DNA from: an uncultured Chloroflexota bacterium | GTDB lineage: Bacteria; Chloroflexota; Dormibacteria; Dormibacterales; Dormibacteraceae | NCBI GenBank assembly: GCA_937921725.1 | Contig: CAKZUH010000019.1 | Span: 976 to 64,975 of the forward strand | Reading direction: 5' to 3' | DNA: 64,000 nt | In this document: positions 47,567 through 57,129 of the stretch, piece by piece | Layout: every line of letters starts with the position of its first letter | Position numbering within the stretch: position 1 is the stretch's first letter | Position numbers and translations under genes: made by a program | Notes under the pieces: model-generated | Told to the model about the DNA's origin: nothing | Database searches by the model: none | The model's input: the letters and a program-made list of their open reading frames with translations, nothing else

Positions 47567-49042
47567 GTGGCGACGGCGGTAGCGCCGGAGACCGCTCAGC
47601 CGGTTCAGCCCCGGCGCGAGATCTCGTATTGGCGGCTGCTCGCGATCAACGCCTTCAAATTCGGTGGCGACGGTGTCCACTGGACTCCTCTCAACACAGT
47701 CATCCTGCAGGTCCTCGCCGTTGCGGTCGCGGCGGGCAACACGGGCCAGGGCACGCTCATCGTCGCCAAAGCCAGCTCCGCGGGCGCTGCGTTCGCGGTG
47801 GTCGTTCCGATCCTCGTCGGCTATCTGAGCGATCGAACCGCTACGCGCTTCGGGCGCCGCCGGCCATGGATTGCCATCGGGACGCTCATCAACCTGTTCG
47901 GTCTCGGACTCCTGGCCGGCGCGGGCTCGGTCCCCGCCCTGATCGCGGCCTACCTCGTGATCCAGATCAGCAACAACGGCGCGTTCGCCGCCTACAGCGC
48001 CGTCATCCCGGACGTCGTTCCGCAGCAGCAGAACGGACAGGCATCGGGTCTTCTCAATGCATTGCAGCAGCTCGGCACGGTCGTCGGGCTTTTCGCCCTC
48101 ACCATCCTTCTCAGCCCAAGTCACCTGGGCAGCACGCATGCAGGGGCAGTCGCCGGTCTTTGGGTGATCGCTCTCTGCACCGCCGGTTCAGTCGTCATCT
48201 CGCTGGCAGCGATTCCTGAGAAACCCCTTGAGCGATTGCGATCCGCAGCCCGAGTCGTCATCCCGATGAGGGTTGCCGTCGCTGGTGTCGCGGCGATGGT
48301 CGCCCTCGTCGCATTGGAATTCGTGCTTCTGGGGCCCGCCTCCATCTGGTGGTTCGTCGTCGCGGCGCTAGGCCTCGCTGCCGCGTTCGTCACGGTTGTG
48401 GCAGGCTCGAAGGTGCCGGGTGTTGTGGCCGCTTTCGCGCCTCTGCGCGATCGCGATTTCTTCTGGGTCCTGACGACTCGGTTTTTCAACACGTTCGGCA
48501 TCTGGACGATCGCGCCATACATCGCGTACTTCTTCAAGGACGTCGTCCACCGGAAGGACTACGGCTTCGACAGCTCTCTCTGGCTCCTCGCTGTGATCGG
48601 GGGTGGCGTCATACCCGCCATCGTCGGCGGCCACCTCTCGGACCGTCTTGGGGGGCGGCGCAAGATCTTCGTCTACGTATCGAGCGCGATGCAGGCTGGA
48701 GTCTCAGCCGTCCTACTCTTCAGTCTCGTCACCAACCTCCCGGTGCTTTACGTGCTCGGTGTGTTGTTCGGATTTGGATTCGGCGCGTATCAGGCGGTGG
48801 ACTGGGCGCTCGCTTGCGATGTTTTGCCAGATCGCGAGAACGCCGCGGCCAAGGACATGGCGCTTTTCCATGTGTCGTTCACGCTGCCCCAGGTTTTCGG
48901 CCCGGCCATCGCGGGCCAGCTTCTGTTTCATTTGAACGAGCGGTACGGCAACAACCTCGGCTACCGAATCGTGTTTGCCACAGCCGCCGTCTGGTTCCTT
49001 CTGAGCCTGGTCTTCGTCAGGAACATCAGGGGAGTTCGCTGA
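47567..49042 (+). CDS. MFS transporter
   Basis: 12-14 TM helices with a GYLSDRTATRFGRRRPW loop motif. The start is uncertain (GTG 47567 chosen to avoid overlap with 47083..47511). Confidence 0.8.
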   Translation: MATAVAPETAQPVQPRREISYWRLLAINAFKFGGDGVHWTPLNTVILQVLAVAVAAGNTGQGTLIVAKASSAGAAFAVVVPILVGYLSDRTATRFGRRRPWIAIGTLINLFGLGLLAGAGSVPALIAAYLVIQISNNGAFAAYSAVIPDVVPQQQNGQASGLLNALQQLGTVVGLFALTILLSPSHLGSTHAGAVAGLWVIALCTAGSVVISLAAIPEKPLERLRSAARVVIPMRVAVAGVAAMVALVALEFVLLGPASIWWFVVAALGLAAAFVTVVAGSKVPGVVAAFAPLRDRDFFWVLTTRFFNTFGIWTIAPYIAYFFKDVVHRKDYGFDSSLWLLAVIGGGVIPAIVGGHLSDRLGGRRKIFVYVSSAMQAGVSAVLLFSLVTNLPVLYVLGVLFGFGFGAYQAVDWALACDVLPDRENAAAKDMALFHVSFTLPQVFGPAIAGQLLFHLNERYGNNLGYRIVFATAAVWFLLSLVFVRNIRGVR

Positions 49043-49276
49043 GACAAGAAACGAGGCGGCGCCTGCAGCGGACACCGCCTCGACCGGGTTGCCACTGGGT
49101 GACACGCTTTGGTTTTCTGCGCCGCTTTACGGCCGTTGCCTACTTGTGGAGGCCAACCTTGCGTGAACTGTCAGCGGCCCCGGACGGAGAACGAATTACC
49201 TCCACAGTGCGACGATCCGACGACAATGTCAAGAGGTTTCGAGATTTCGCGACCACTTGCAAATTGAGGTAGGGCG

Positions 49277-50980
49277 ATGCCTGAACTGAGCTACGTCCAC
49301 GGCGCCAGCGACAAACCCCTTCTCGGCGAGCCGATCTTCCAGAACCTTCGCCGAACCGCCTACAAATTTGGCGACCGCGAGGCCCTCCTCGTCCCACAAC
49401 AGGGCTATCGGGCGACGTATCGCGAGCTGGTCGAACAGTGCGAAGAGATCGCGCGTGGGCTGATCGCGCGCGGCGTGAAGAAGGGCGATCGCGTCGGCAT
49501 CTGGTCACCCAATCGGTACGAATGGGTCATCGTGCAGTACGCGACCGCAGCCATGGGCGCGATCCTGGTCAACATCGATCCCGCGTACCGGACCTCCGAG
49601 CTCGAGTACGCGCTGAACCAATCCGGCATCAGCTTCTTCATCCTCGCGGCCAGCTTTCGGCAGGCCGATTACCGCGCCATGCTCGCGGAGGTCAAGAGCA
49701 AGTGTCCGGAGCTGCGTGAAGCTTTGGTGTTGGAGGGGGGAGCGGCGGACGGGCTGCGCCCATCCGCCGCGAATGGGGGGAACTCCCCCCACAGAGAAGA
49801 CGGATGGGAAGCCCTCAGGCGAGACGCCTCGCGCATCGAGCCGAGTGAGCTTCGCGAGCTCGAAGCCAGCCTGCAGTTCGACGATCCAATCAACATCCAG
49901 TACACGTCCGGCACGACCGGCTTCCCGAAGGGCGCCACGCTCACCCACCACAACATCCTGAACAACGGCTACTTCATCGGCGAGACGCTGAGGTACACGG
50001 AGCGGGACCGGGTCTGTATCCCCGTGCCGTTCTACCACTGCTTCGGCATGGTCCTGGGCAACCTCGCCTGCACTACGCACGGCGCGACCATGGTGATTCC
50101 CGCCGAGGCCTTCGACCCGGTGCTCACCATGCAGACGGTGCAGCAGGAGCGCTGCACGTCTCTCTACGGCGTCCCCACGATGTTCATCGCCGAGCTGGAG
50201 CACCCTCGTTTCAAGGACTTCGACTTCACTTCTCTGCGCACTGGCATCATGGCGGGCTCACCGTGTCCGGTGGAGGTGATGAAGAAGGTGCAGACGGTCA
50301 TGCACATGCCTGAGATGACCATCGCATACGGGATGACGGAGACCTCGCCCGTTTCGACCCAATGCGCCACGAACGACCCGCTGGAGCGGCGGGTTTCGAC
50401 GGTCGGCCGCGTCCATCCACACGTCGAGATCAAGATCGTCGACCCCAGCACCGGGGCGGTGGTGCCTCGCGGCACCGGCGGTGAGCTCTGCAGCCGCGGC
50501 TACATCGTGATGCGTGGTTACTGGAACAACGACGAAGCCACTCGTCAGGCGATCGATCCAGCGCGCTGGATGCACACGGGTGACCTGGCCACCATGGATG
50601 TCGATGGCTACGTCAACATTGTCGGCCGGATCAAGGACATGATCATCCGCGGCGGCGAGAACATCTATCCGCGCGAGGTCGAGGAGTTCCTGTACAGCCA
50701 CCCGGACATCGCGGATGTCCAGGTCATCGGCGTGCCCTCCGAAAAGTACGGCGAGGAGGTCATGGCCTGGGTCAAGCTCCGGGAGGGCGCCGCCGACACG
50801 GGTGACGAGCTCGCTGCCTGGTGCAAGGGCAAGATCGCGACCTACAAGATTCCGCGCCACTGGAAGTTCGTCGAGTCGTTCCCTATGACGTTTACGGGCA
50901 AGGTCCAGAAGTTCAAGATGCGCGAGGTTGCGGTGGAGGAGTTGGGCCTCGAGAAAGCCGCCGGGATCAGAACTGCCTAG
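49277..50980 (+). CDS. AMP-dependent synthetase/ligase (acyl-CoA synthetase, FadD-like)
   Basis: [12 protein letters not shown] (AMP-binding motif), GYGMTE, TGDLA and [15 protein letters not shown]. Confidence 0.92.
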   Translation: MPELSYVHGASDKPLLGEPIFQNLRRTAYKFGDREALLVPQQGYRATYRELVEQCEEIARGLIARGVKKGDRVGIWSPNRYEWVIVQYATAAMGAILVNIDPAYRTSELEYALNQSGISFFILAASFRQADYRAMLAEVKSKCPELREALVLEGGAADGLRPSAANGGNSPHREDGWEALRRDASRIEPSELRELEASLQFDDPINIQYTSGTTGFPKGATLTHHNILNNGYFIGETLRYTERDRVCIPVPFYHCFGMVLGNLACTTHGATMVIPAEAFDPVLTMQTVQQERCTSLYGVPTMFIAELEHPRFKDFDFTSLRTGIMAGSPCPVEVMKKVQTVMHMPEMTIAYGMTETSPVSTQCATNDPLERRVSTVGRVHPHVEIKIVDPSTGAVVPRGTGGELCSRGYIVMRGYWNNDEATRQAIDPARWMHTGDLATMDVDGYVNIVGRIKDMIIRGGENIYPREVEEFLYSHPDIADVQVIGVPSEKYGEEVMAWVKLREGAADTGDELAAWCKGKIATYKIPRHWKFVESFPMTFTGKVQKFKMREVAVEELGLEKAAGIRTA

Positions 50981-50983
50981 GCT

Positions 50984-51697
50984 CTAGGCGAGGGATTCGT
51001 AAGGAATGGCCGCGGCGAAGGGTTCGTAGAGCAGCAGCACCTTCTCGATCGGCAGCATGTCGCGCATGAAGATCGCGCCGGCGGCCACACCCGCGAAGCC
51101 CACGATGCCGAGCCCGTCATGCGGGGCGGCGTGCTCTGCTCCGTCCTGCATCGCGCGGAAGGCCTGCGTGCGTCCGGCCTGGTTGGCGGTCGCGATCACG
51201 AGCTTCCATGCCGCGGCGTAGTTGGCCGCCGGGTCGAGGCCCGCGGGCGCGACGAAGGCGGGCACCGCGGCTCCCGCGGCGGCTGCGGCCGTCTTCGGCT
51301 GCTGGCTCAGCGCCTTGGCGACCGCGGCGACCTCGGCCTCGATCTCGCCCTTGAGCGAGGGTAGGTCGCGCACGAATGCAGTTATCTGGCGGTCGATCGC
51401 GGGCGGAGTTTGATAGCCGGGGCCGGGCAGGATCGTGGCGAAGGGGCGGTAGACAGCCTCGAACTGCGCCGGGTCCAGCTGCTCGCGGACCAGGATGCCG
51501 AGCGCGACGACCTGGGCTGACTCGAGCGCGGCGGCAGCGGCGGTGCTGTCAGGCAGCGCCCTGTTGATGGCCTTCTGCGTCTGCGTGACTCGAAACCCGG
51601 TCGTGAACGCGTTGACCATCGCCTGGTCGGCGCCGGACAGCAATCCGTCGAGCACCCCCTCGACGGCCGCGGTCGATGTGCGCTGCCGGGAGAGCAA
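50984..51697 (-). CDS. Hypothetical Ala-rich protein
   Basis: Only coherent frame in this interval. No motif recognised. Confidence 0.5.
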   Translation of the reverse strand: MLSRQRTSTAAVEGVLDGLLSGADQAMVNAFTTGFRVTQTQKAINRALPDSTAAAAALESAQVVALGILVREQLDPAQFEAVYRPFATILPGPGYQTPPAIDRQITAFVRDLPSLKGEIEAEVAAVAKALSQQPKTAAAAAGAAVPAFVAPAGLDPAANYAAAWKLVIATANQAGRTQAFRAMQDGAEHAAPHDGLGIVGFAGVAAGAIFMRDMLPIEKVLLLYEPFAAAIPYESLA

Positions 51698-51780
51698 ACG
51701 CGCTGTAGCGATCCACTCCCACTGTGCCTGGCCCAGCGCTTTGCCCGCCGCGGCAAGAAACTGCCCCGCCTCCGTCGCGC

Positions 51781-52785
51781 TCAGCGGATTGCGACCTGTT
51801 CCGGCAGCAGGCCTTTGGCCCGCAACTTGTCGATCGGGTGGTACGCGTCGACGATGCGCATGGTGCCCGAAGCGGAGCGCAAGACCATCGACTGCGTGTA
51901 GGCGTAGACATCCTCGTAGCGGACGCCTTTGAGCAGCTCACCCGATGTGATCCCGGTCGCCGCGAAGAATATGTCTTGGCCGGAGCACAGGTCGTCGAGG
52001 CAGAGGACTTTGTCCGGCCGGTGGCCTTCCTTGACAGCGACCTCGCGTTCCTTCTCGTCGCGGAAGAACAGCTTCGCCTGCATGTCGCCACCGATCGTCT
52101 TGATGGCGCACGCGGCGAGCACGCCCTCTGTCGCGCCTCCCGACCCCATCATGCAGTGGATCCCAAAGCGCGTTTCGAGCGCGGCCTCGAGAGCGCCGGC
52201 GACGTCCCCTGCGCTGATGAGCTTGATGCGGGAACCGACCGCGCGAATCTCCGCGATCACTTCATTGTTGCGCTCGCGCTCCAGCACGACGACGGTCAGC
52301 TCCTGCACGGGCAAGCCCTCCGCCTTGGCGATCCGGCGGAGGTTCCACTCGACCGGCATCTCGAGGTCGATCACGCCCCGAGCCTTGCGGCCGACGACGA
52401 GCTTCTTCATGTAGTGGACGTGGGTCGTGAACATCGTGCCGCGCTCGGCGAGAGCCACGACGGAGATCGCGCCTGGCAAGCCCGCGGCGGTGAGGCTCGT
52501 GCCTTCGATGGGATCGACGGCAACGTCCACTTCCGGCTCGAGGCCGTTGCCGAGCTGCTCCCCGAAATAGAGCATCGGGGCTTCGTCCTTCTCCCCCTCG
52601 CCGATGACGACCGTGCCTTTCATGTCGACGGTCGCGAGCGACGAGCGGATCGCCTCCACCGCGCGTGCGTCAGCCGCGGCCTTGTTGCCCCGTCCCTGGA
52701 GCGGCGCCGCCGCCAGCGCACCTGCTTCGGTCACGCGCAAGAGCTCGAGGGCCAGGTTACGATTGATCTTCGGCTCTTCGATCAT
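51781..52785 (-). CDS. glpX: Class II fructose-1,6-bisphosphatase
   Basis: LELLRVTEAGALAAA...VDVAVDPIEGT...GGATEGVLAA, the GlpX signature. Confidence 0.95.
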   Translation of the reverse strand: MIEEPKINRNLALELLRVTEAGALAAAPLQGRGNKAAADARAVEAIRSSLATVDMKGTVVIGEGEKDEAPMLYFGEQLGNGLEPEVDVAVDPIEGTSLTAAGLPGAISVVALAERGTMFTTHVHYMKKLVVGRKARGVIDLEMPVEWNLRRIAKAEGLPVQELTVVVLERERNNEVIAEIRAVGSRIKLISAGDVAGALEAALETRFGIHCMMGSGGATEGVLAACAIKTIGGDMQAKLFFRDEKEREVAVKEGHRPDKVLCLDDLCSGQDIFFAATGITSGELLKGVRYEDVYAYTQSMVLRSASGTMRIVDAYHPIDKLRAKGLLPEQVAIR

Positions 52786-52810
52786 CCTCAGTCGAAGGGT
52801 AACTTACGGT

Positions 52811-53452
52811 TCAGGAAAGGCTGCGCCGTCGGATCGGGAGTTTGTCCGCCTCCACCCAGAGCTCTTCCTTGCGCGCCAGCCGCCTGTCTCCGCCCGGGCC
52901 CACGTAAACGCAGGTGCGCTCGAGGACCGCGGTGATCCGGACCTTCTCGCCGTCCAGGGTGGCGTCGAAGCCGTCGATCAGGACCTCGTCCTCATCGAGC
53001 TCGACCTCGCTCAGCTTGCGCGGTCCGCTGGGCCTGATCTTGGTCGAGAGCTCGAGCTGCGGCCGCGGCCCGGTCGGCGGGCTCGGCTTGATGGTCAGCC
53101 TGGACGACGCAGACCCGGCGAGGCGGATGGAAGGCCTCGGCGGGACTGGGGCCGGCTTGGGCTGCGGCGCGGGGCTGGGGGCCACGGGCTTTATCGGCGC
53201 GACGCGAGAGACCGGCTTGGGCGCGACCCGAGAGACTCGCTTGGGCACGACCTGCGGCTTGGATTTCTTGATCTTGGCCGGAGCCCGCTTCGCCGGAGCC
53301 CGTTTCGCCGCGCGGGTGACGGAGGCGCGGGCCGGCTTCGAAGTCTTTTGGGCGCGCGGCGCCTGCCCTCGCGATTTTGCCTTTTGGGGGACGCGAGGCG
53401 CCGGGCCTCTCGCCCGGGACGGCTTTTTCGACGGTCGCTTAGAAGAACTCAC
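52811..53452 (-). CDS. Lys/Pro/Arg-rich basic protein with small globular C-terminal domain
   Basis: The N-terminal ~140 aa are histone-tail-like (KRAPAKRAPAKIKKSKP, VSRVAPKPVSRVAP). Its start overlaps the bactofilin gene end by 14 nt. Confidence 0.6.
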   Translation of the reverse strand: MSSSKRPSKKPSRARGPAPRVPQKAKSRGQAPRAQKTSKPARASVTRAAKRAPAKRAPAKIKKSKPQVVPKRVSRVAPKPVSRVAPIKPVAPSPAPQPKPAPVPPRPSIRLAGSASSRLTIKPSPPTGPRPQLELSTKIRPSGPRKLSEVELDEDEVLIDGFDATLDGEKVRITAVLERTCVYVGPGGDRRLARKEELWVEADKLPIRRRSLS

Positions 53453-53951
53453 CCCAGAACTTTCTGACCTTCCCGACCGGGCTCGCCACGGGCTTCAAAG
53501 GTACGACTGTTGCCGTGCCCTGCGCGTGCACAACCCGCTCTGGAGGAGCGTCCGGAATTCCTTCCGGATGCACGCGGATCACCCCGTAGTGAACTCCGCC
53601 CTCCTGGACCACCAGGGCTCCCACTGTGGCGTCGCCCTCGAGGCGCCCCGTGCTCGTGATCTTGAGCCGGCTCGTGGCGACGACGTTCCCGCGCACCAGT
53701 CCCGCGACCGTGACCCGGACGCCTCGGATGTCGGCCTCGACGTGCGCGTCGGCGCCGACCACAAGTTCACCGTCGGACTCGATCTGACCGCTGAAGTTGC
53801 CGAGCACCTGCCCGCTGCCCTTCAGCTCAAGCTTGCCCGAGAGCGAATCGTCCTTGGCGATCGTCGTCGCCCTGGAGTCCAGACCGAGCAGGTCGGGCCC
53901 TCCATTCGTACTCGCCTGAACAACCGCCGTATCCACCCCAACCTCGGTCAT
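53439..53951 (-). CDS. Bactofilin-family cytoskeletal protein
   Basis: Beta-helical repeat pattern: G.L.L.G.G.V.G.F.G.I...G.L.V...A.V.A.I....V.V.G.V.G.V.A, typical of DUF583. Confidence 0.82.
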   Translation of the reverse strand: MTEVGVDTAVVQASTNGGPDLLGLDSRATTIAKDDSLSGKLELKGSGQVLGNFSGQIESDGELVVGADAHVEADIRGVRVTVAGLVRGNVVATSRLKITSTGRLEGDATVGALVVQEGGVHYGVIRVHPEGIPDAPPERVVHAQGTATVVPLKPVASPVGKVRKFWGEFF

Positions 53952-54029
53952 CGCAAACCTCCCAGGCCGCCTCCTCTCCCCAATGAGCGGCTCCCTCCTC
54001 TCGCAGCATAGCGGCTGTTGGCGCTAGCG

Positions 54030-55391
54030 CTACAAGTCTTGATGGGCCGCCAGGTAGTCGAGGACGGCCACTCGGTGTGGCGGGAGCTCTCCGTCGATCA
54101 CGAGCTCCTCGAGGCGCTGCTTGATCCGCCCCACCTCCGGCCCGGGACCGATCCCCCGCATCCGCATTACGTCTTCGCCCGAGACGAGCGGCGCCAGCCG
54201 CGAAGGTCGTTCTGTCATGACCGCCTGCAGCCTGGCCTGTAGCTCGTCGAGCTTCTCCGGCGTCGGATAGGCGGAGGCGGCGATGTCGGCCCGCGCCAGG
54301 GCCATCAAACGGTCGAGCAGCGACCCCGCGTCTCGCGCCAGCCGGCGGACTGCCCCGTCCGTCCACTCCGTCCGGTAGAACACCGGCCTCAGGTGGAGGC
54401 GGACCAGCCCGACCACCACGTCGATCTCTCGCTGGGCGAAGCGCAGCCGCCCCAGCGCCTCCCTGGCGATCGTTGCGCCGACCTCCTCGTGGCCTATGAA
54501 CGTGCCGTCGCCCTTGGCTGTCGCCGGCTTGCCGGTGTCGTGGTAGAGGGCGGCCACCCGGAGGAGCAGGTCGGCCGGCGTGGCGGCGACCGTGAGCAGG
54601 GTGTGGCCGAACACGTCGTGCGTGTGGTAGCCGCTCTGAGCCACGCCCTTGCACGCGGCGATCTCGGGGAGGATCACCTCCAGCAATCCCGCCTCGTCGA
54701 GAAGCTCGAGCGCAAGCTTCGGGCGCTCGGACGCCAGCATGCGCCGGAGCTCGTCGGCGATGCGCTCGACGGAGATCACCGGAGGCGCCAGCCGCGAGCG
54801 CATCTCGCGCATCGCGGGAACCAGGTCCGGCGCGAGCTTGAACCCGAGCTCGGCCGCGAATCGAATCGCCCGCAGCATCCGCAACGGGTCGTCGGTGAAC
54901 GTGCGCAGCGGGTCGGCCGGCGTGCGGAGCAGGCCTGCTTCGAGGTCGGCCCGGCCGCCGAGCGGATCGTGAATCCCGCCTCCCAGGTCCATGAGCAGCG
55001 TGTTGACCGTGAAGTCCCTGCGCCGGAGGTCCTCCTCGAGGGTCGCCGGCCGGACGTCGGGCTTGCGGGAGTCGGGCGCGTAAGACTCGGCGCGCGCGGT
55101 GACGAACTCGACGAGATGGCCGGGCAGCGTGACCTGGGCCGTCCCGTAGCGCTCGAATGTCACCGGCGGGGGTGCGCCCGCCAGCTGCGCGAATCGCCGC
55201 GCCAGGTCCAGGGCGTCGCCCTGTTCCACCACGACGTCCGGATTCGGGTGAGGCCGGTTGAGCAGCTTGTCGCGGACGTAGCCGCCCACGACCCAGGCTT
55301 TGACGCCGAGGTCGGACGCGGCGCGCTGGAGAAGCGCCAGTAGCTTCTCGTCGCTTACCGGCGTGTCCGTTACTGGTTTATGCGCGCCCAT
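54030..55391 (-). CDS. cca: CCA tRNA nucleotidyltransferase (HD-domain type)
   Basis: VVGGYVRD...RDFTVNTL head domain and an HD region YHDTGK. ATG 55391 overlaps the ROK gene end by 22 nt. The upstream part of ORF 54030..56117 is junk. Confidence 0.86.
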   Translation of the reverse strand: MGAHKPVTDTPVSDEKLLALLQRAASDLGVKAWVVGGYVRDKLLNRPHPNPDVVVEQGDALDLARRFAQLAGAPPPVTFERYGTAQVTLPGHLVEFVTARAESYAPDSRKPDVRPATLEEDLRRRDFTVNTLLMDLGGGIHDPLGGRADLEAGLLRTPADPLRTFTDDPLRMLRAIRFAAELGFKLAPDLVPAMREMRSRLAPPVISVERIADELRRMLASERPKLALELLDEAGLLEVILPEIAACKGVAQSGYHTHDVFGHTLLTVAATPADLLLRVAALYHDTGKPATAKGDGTFIGHEEVGATIAREALGRLRFAQREIDVVVGLVRLHLRPVFYRTEWTDGAVRRLARDAGSLLDRLMALARADIAASAYPTPEKLDELQARLQAVMTERPSRLAPLVSGEDVMRMRGIGPGPEVGRIKQRLEELVIDGELPPHRVAVLDYLAAHQDL

Positions 55392-56242
55392 TCGACGGCT
55401 CCCACCTGGCCGGCGCGGTCGCCGAGACGGGCGCGGCGCACGCGAGGCCGGCGGGCCGGCTTGATGAACGGCGACGAGCGCAGCGTCTCCAGCATCGTCG
55501 GCTGGACGAGCGCCCACGAGCGCGACACGCCGCCGCCGATCACGAACATCTCCGGGTCGAGGATGTTGGTCAGGCTGATGAGCGCGATGCCCATGTATCG
55601 CGCCGCGCGCTCCACGACCATGCGCGCGTCGCGGTCGCCGCGCGCCGCCTCGGCGAAGAGCACGGCGGCCGTGTGGCCGGTTTCTTTCGCGAGGTTGGCG
55701 CCGCCGATGAACGCCTCCAGGCAGCCGCGCTGTCCGCAGTTGTCGAGGGGCCCGTTCGGGTCGATGATCATGTGCCCGACCTCGCCCGCCGTACCATGCG
55801 CGCCGCGATGCAGCTTGCCGTCGATGATGATCCCGCCGCCGACACCGGTGGACCACGTGATGTAGACCATGTTCTTGGTACCGCGACCGGCGCCGCGGTG
55901 GAACTCGCCCAGCCCGGCCATGTCCGCGTCGTTGGCGAGGGTGACCTTCGCGCCGGTGGCGCGGCTCATCATCGCTTCGAGCGGCGCGTTCTTCCAGGGA
56001 AGATTGGGTGGATTGACCAGCACACCGCGCTTGATGTCGATCGGCCCGGGCGCGGCGATCGTGATGCTGCGCACCTTCTCCCGGCCGCGGTGGCGGTCGA
56101 TCTCCGCCGCCGCCCAATCGACCATCGCCTGCGGAGTCGGCACCAGGTGCGTCTTGGTCTTGATGCTCGCCACCAGCTGACCGTCCGAGCGCGCGAGCGC
56201 GACCCGAACCTGGGTCCCGCCTAGATCGATCCCCGCGAGCAT
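55370..56242 (-). CDS. ROK-family sugar kinase (glucokinase-like)
   Basis: MLAGIDLGGTQVRVAL, GVGGGII and the zinc motif HMIIDPNGPLDNCGQRGCLE. ATG 56242 lies 1 nt after the metF stop. Confidence 0.88.
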   Translation of the reverse strand: MLAGIDLGGTQVRVALARSDGQLVASIKTKTHLVPTPQAMVDWAAAEIDRHRGREKVRSITIAAPGPIDIKRGVLVNPPNLPWKNAPLEAMMSRATGAKVTLANDADMAGLGEFHRGAGRGTKNMVYITWSTGVGGGIIIDGKLHRGAHGTAGEVGHMIIDPNGPLDNCGQRGCLEAFIGGANLAKETGHTAAVLFAEAARGDRDARMVVERAARYMGIALISLTNILDPEMFVIGGGVSRSWALVQPTMLETLRSSPFIKPARRPRVRRARLGDRAGQVGAVEWARINQ

Positions 56243-56243
56243 G

Positions 56244-57116
56244 TCAGGACGCGAGCAATTGCTGGCCGCGCAGCGCGGCCAGGATCTCGATCGGCCCCCG
56301 GGCCCGATTGAACGTGTAGAAGTGAAGTCCCGGCACGCCGGACTCGATGAGCTCGGCGCACTGCCGCACGCAGTGCTCGACACCGAGGGCGCGGATCGCG
56401 TCGTCGTTCGGCGCCTCGTCGATCGCGGCCTGCAGCCGCGAGGGGACCGTCGCGCCTGACATCTCCGTCATCACGCCGAGCGAGCGGCGGCTCGGCACCG
56501 GCATGAGGCCCGGCACGATCGGCACCTTGATCCCGCCCGCGCGCGCACGAGCCACGAGGTCGAAGTAAAACCGGTTGTCGAAGAAGAGCTGCGTGATCAA
56601 AAAGTCCGCGCCCGCGTCGACCTTGAGCTTCATGTAGCGAAACTCGTGCTCGAGGTCAGGGCTCTCGGGGTGCTTCTCGGCGCTGCACGCCGCGCCGATG
56701 CCAAACCGATAGCCGCTCCCGCGCACGAGCGTGATGAGGTCGCTCGCATGAGCCAGGCGCGGGTCGGCGGGCACGAACGGCTGGCCGCTCGCGGGCGCGT
56801 CCCCGCGCAGGGCGAGCACGTTCGCGACGCCCTCGCGCTCCATCCAGTTGAGGATCTGGCGCGTCCTGTCGGGGGTGTTGGCGCATGTGAGGTGGGCCAT
56901 CGCCTCGATGTGGTACTGGCGCTTGATCTTGGTCACGAGCTCGAGCGTCTTCTCACCAGTGCGGACGCGGTACGTGACCGAGACCCAATCGGGCGTGTGC
57001 CCGGCCAGCGCGGCGACCGTGCGCTCCAGCACGTCGACCTCCGACTCGTCGCGAGGAGCCATGAACTCGAAGGAGATGCTGGGCCGCCCGCGCCCGAGCA
57101 TGTCGGCAATTCGCAT
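56244..57116 (-). CDS. metF: Methylenetetrahydrofolate reductase
   Basis: SFEFMAPR...HLTC...ALRGD...ITQLFFD, the MetF signature. Confidence 0.93.
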   Translation of the reverse strand: MRIADMLGRGRPSISFEFMAPRDESEVDVLERTVAALAGHTPDWVSVTYRVRTGEKTLELVTKIKRQYHIEAMAHLTCANTPDRTRQILNWMEREGVANVLALRGDAPASGQPFVPADPRLAHASDLITLVRGSGYRFGIGAACSAEKHPESPDLEHEFRYMKLKVDAGADFLITQLFFDNRFYFDLVARARAGGIKVPIVPGLMPVPSRRSLGVMTEMSGATVPSRLQAAIDEAPNDDAIRALGVEHCVRQCAELIESGVPGLHFYTFNRARGPIEILAALRGQQLLAS

Positions 57117-57129
57117 GGTGGCGCGAACT

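Noticed and set aside
54030-56117. 695-aa ORF as a single large protein.
   Set aside because: The N-terminal 242 residues are Arg/His/Gly junk read antisense-frame through the ROK kinase gene. The CCA-adding enzyme homology begins at ATG 55391.
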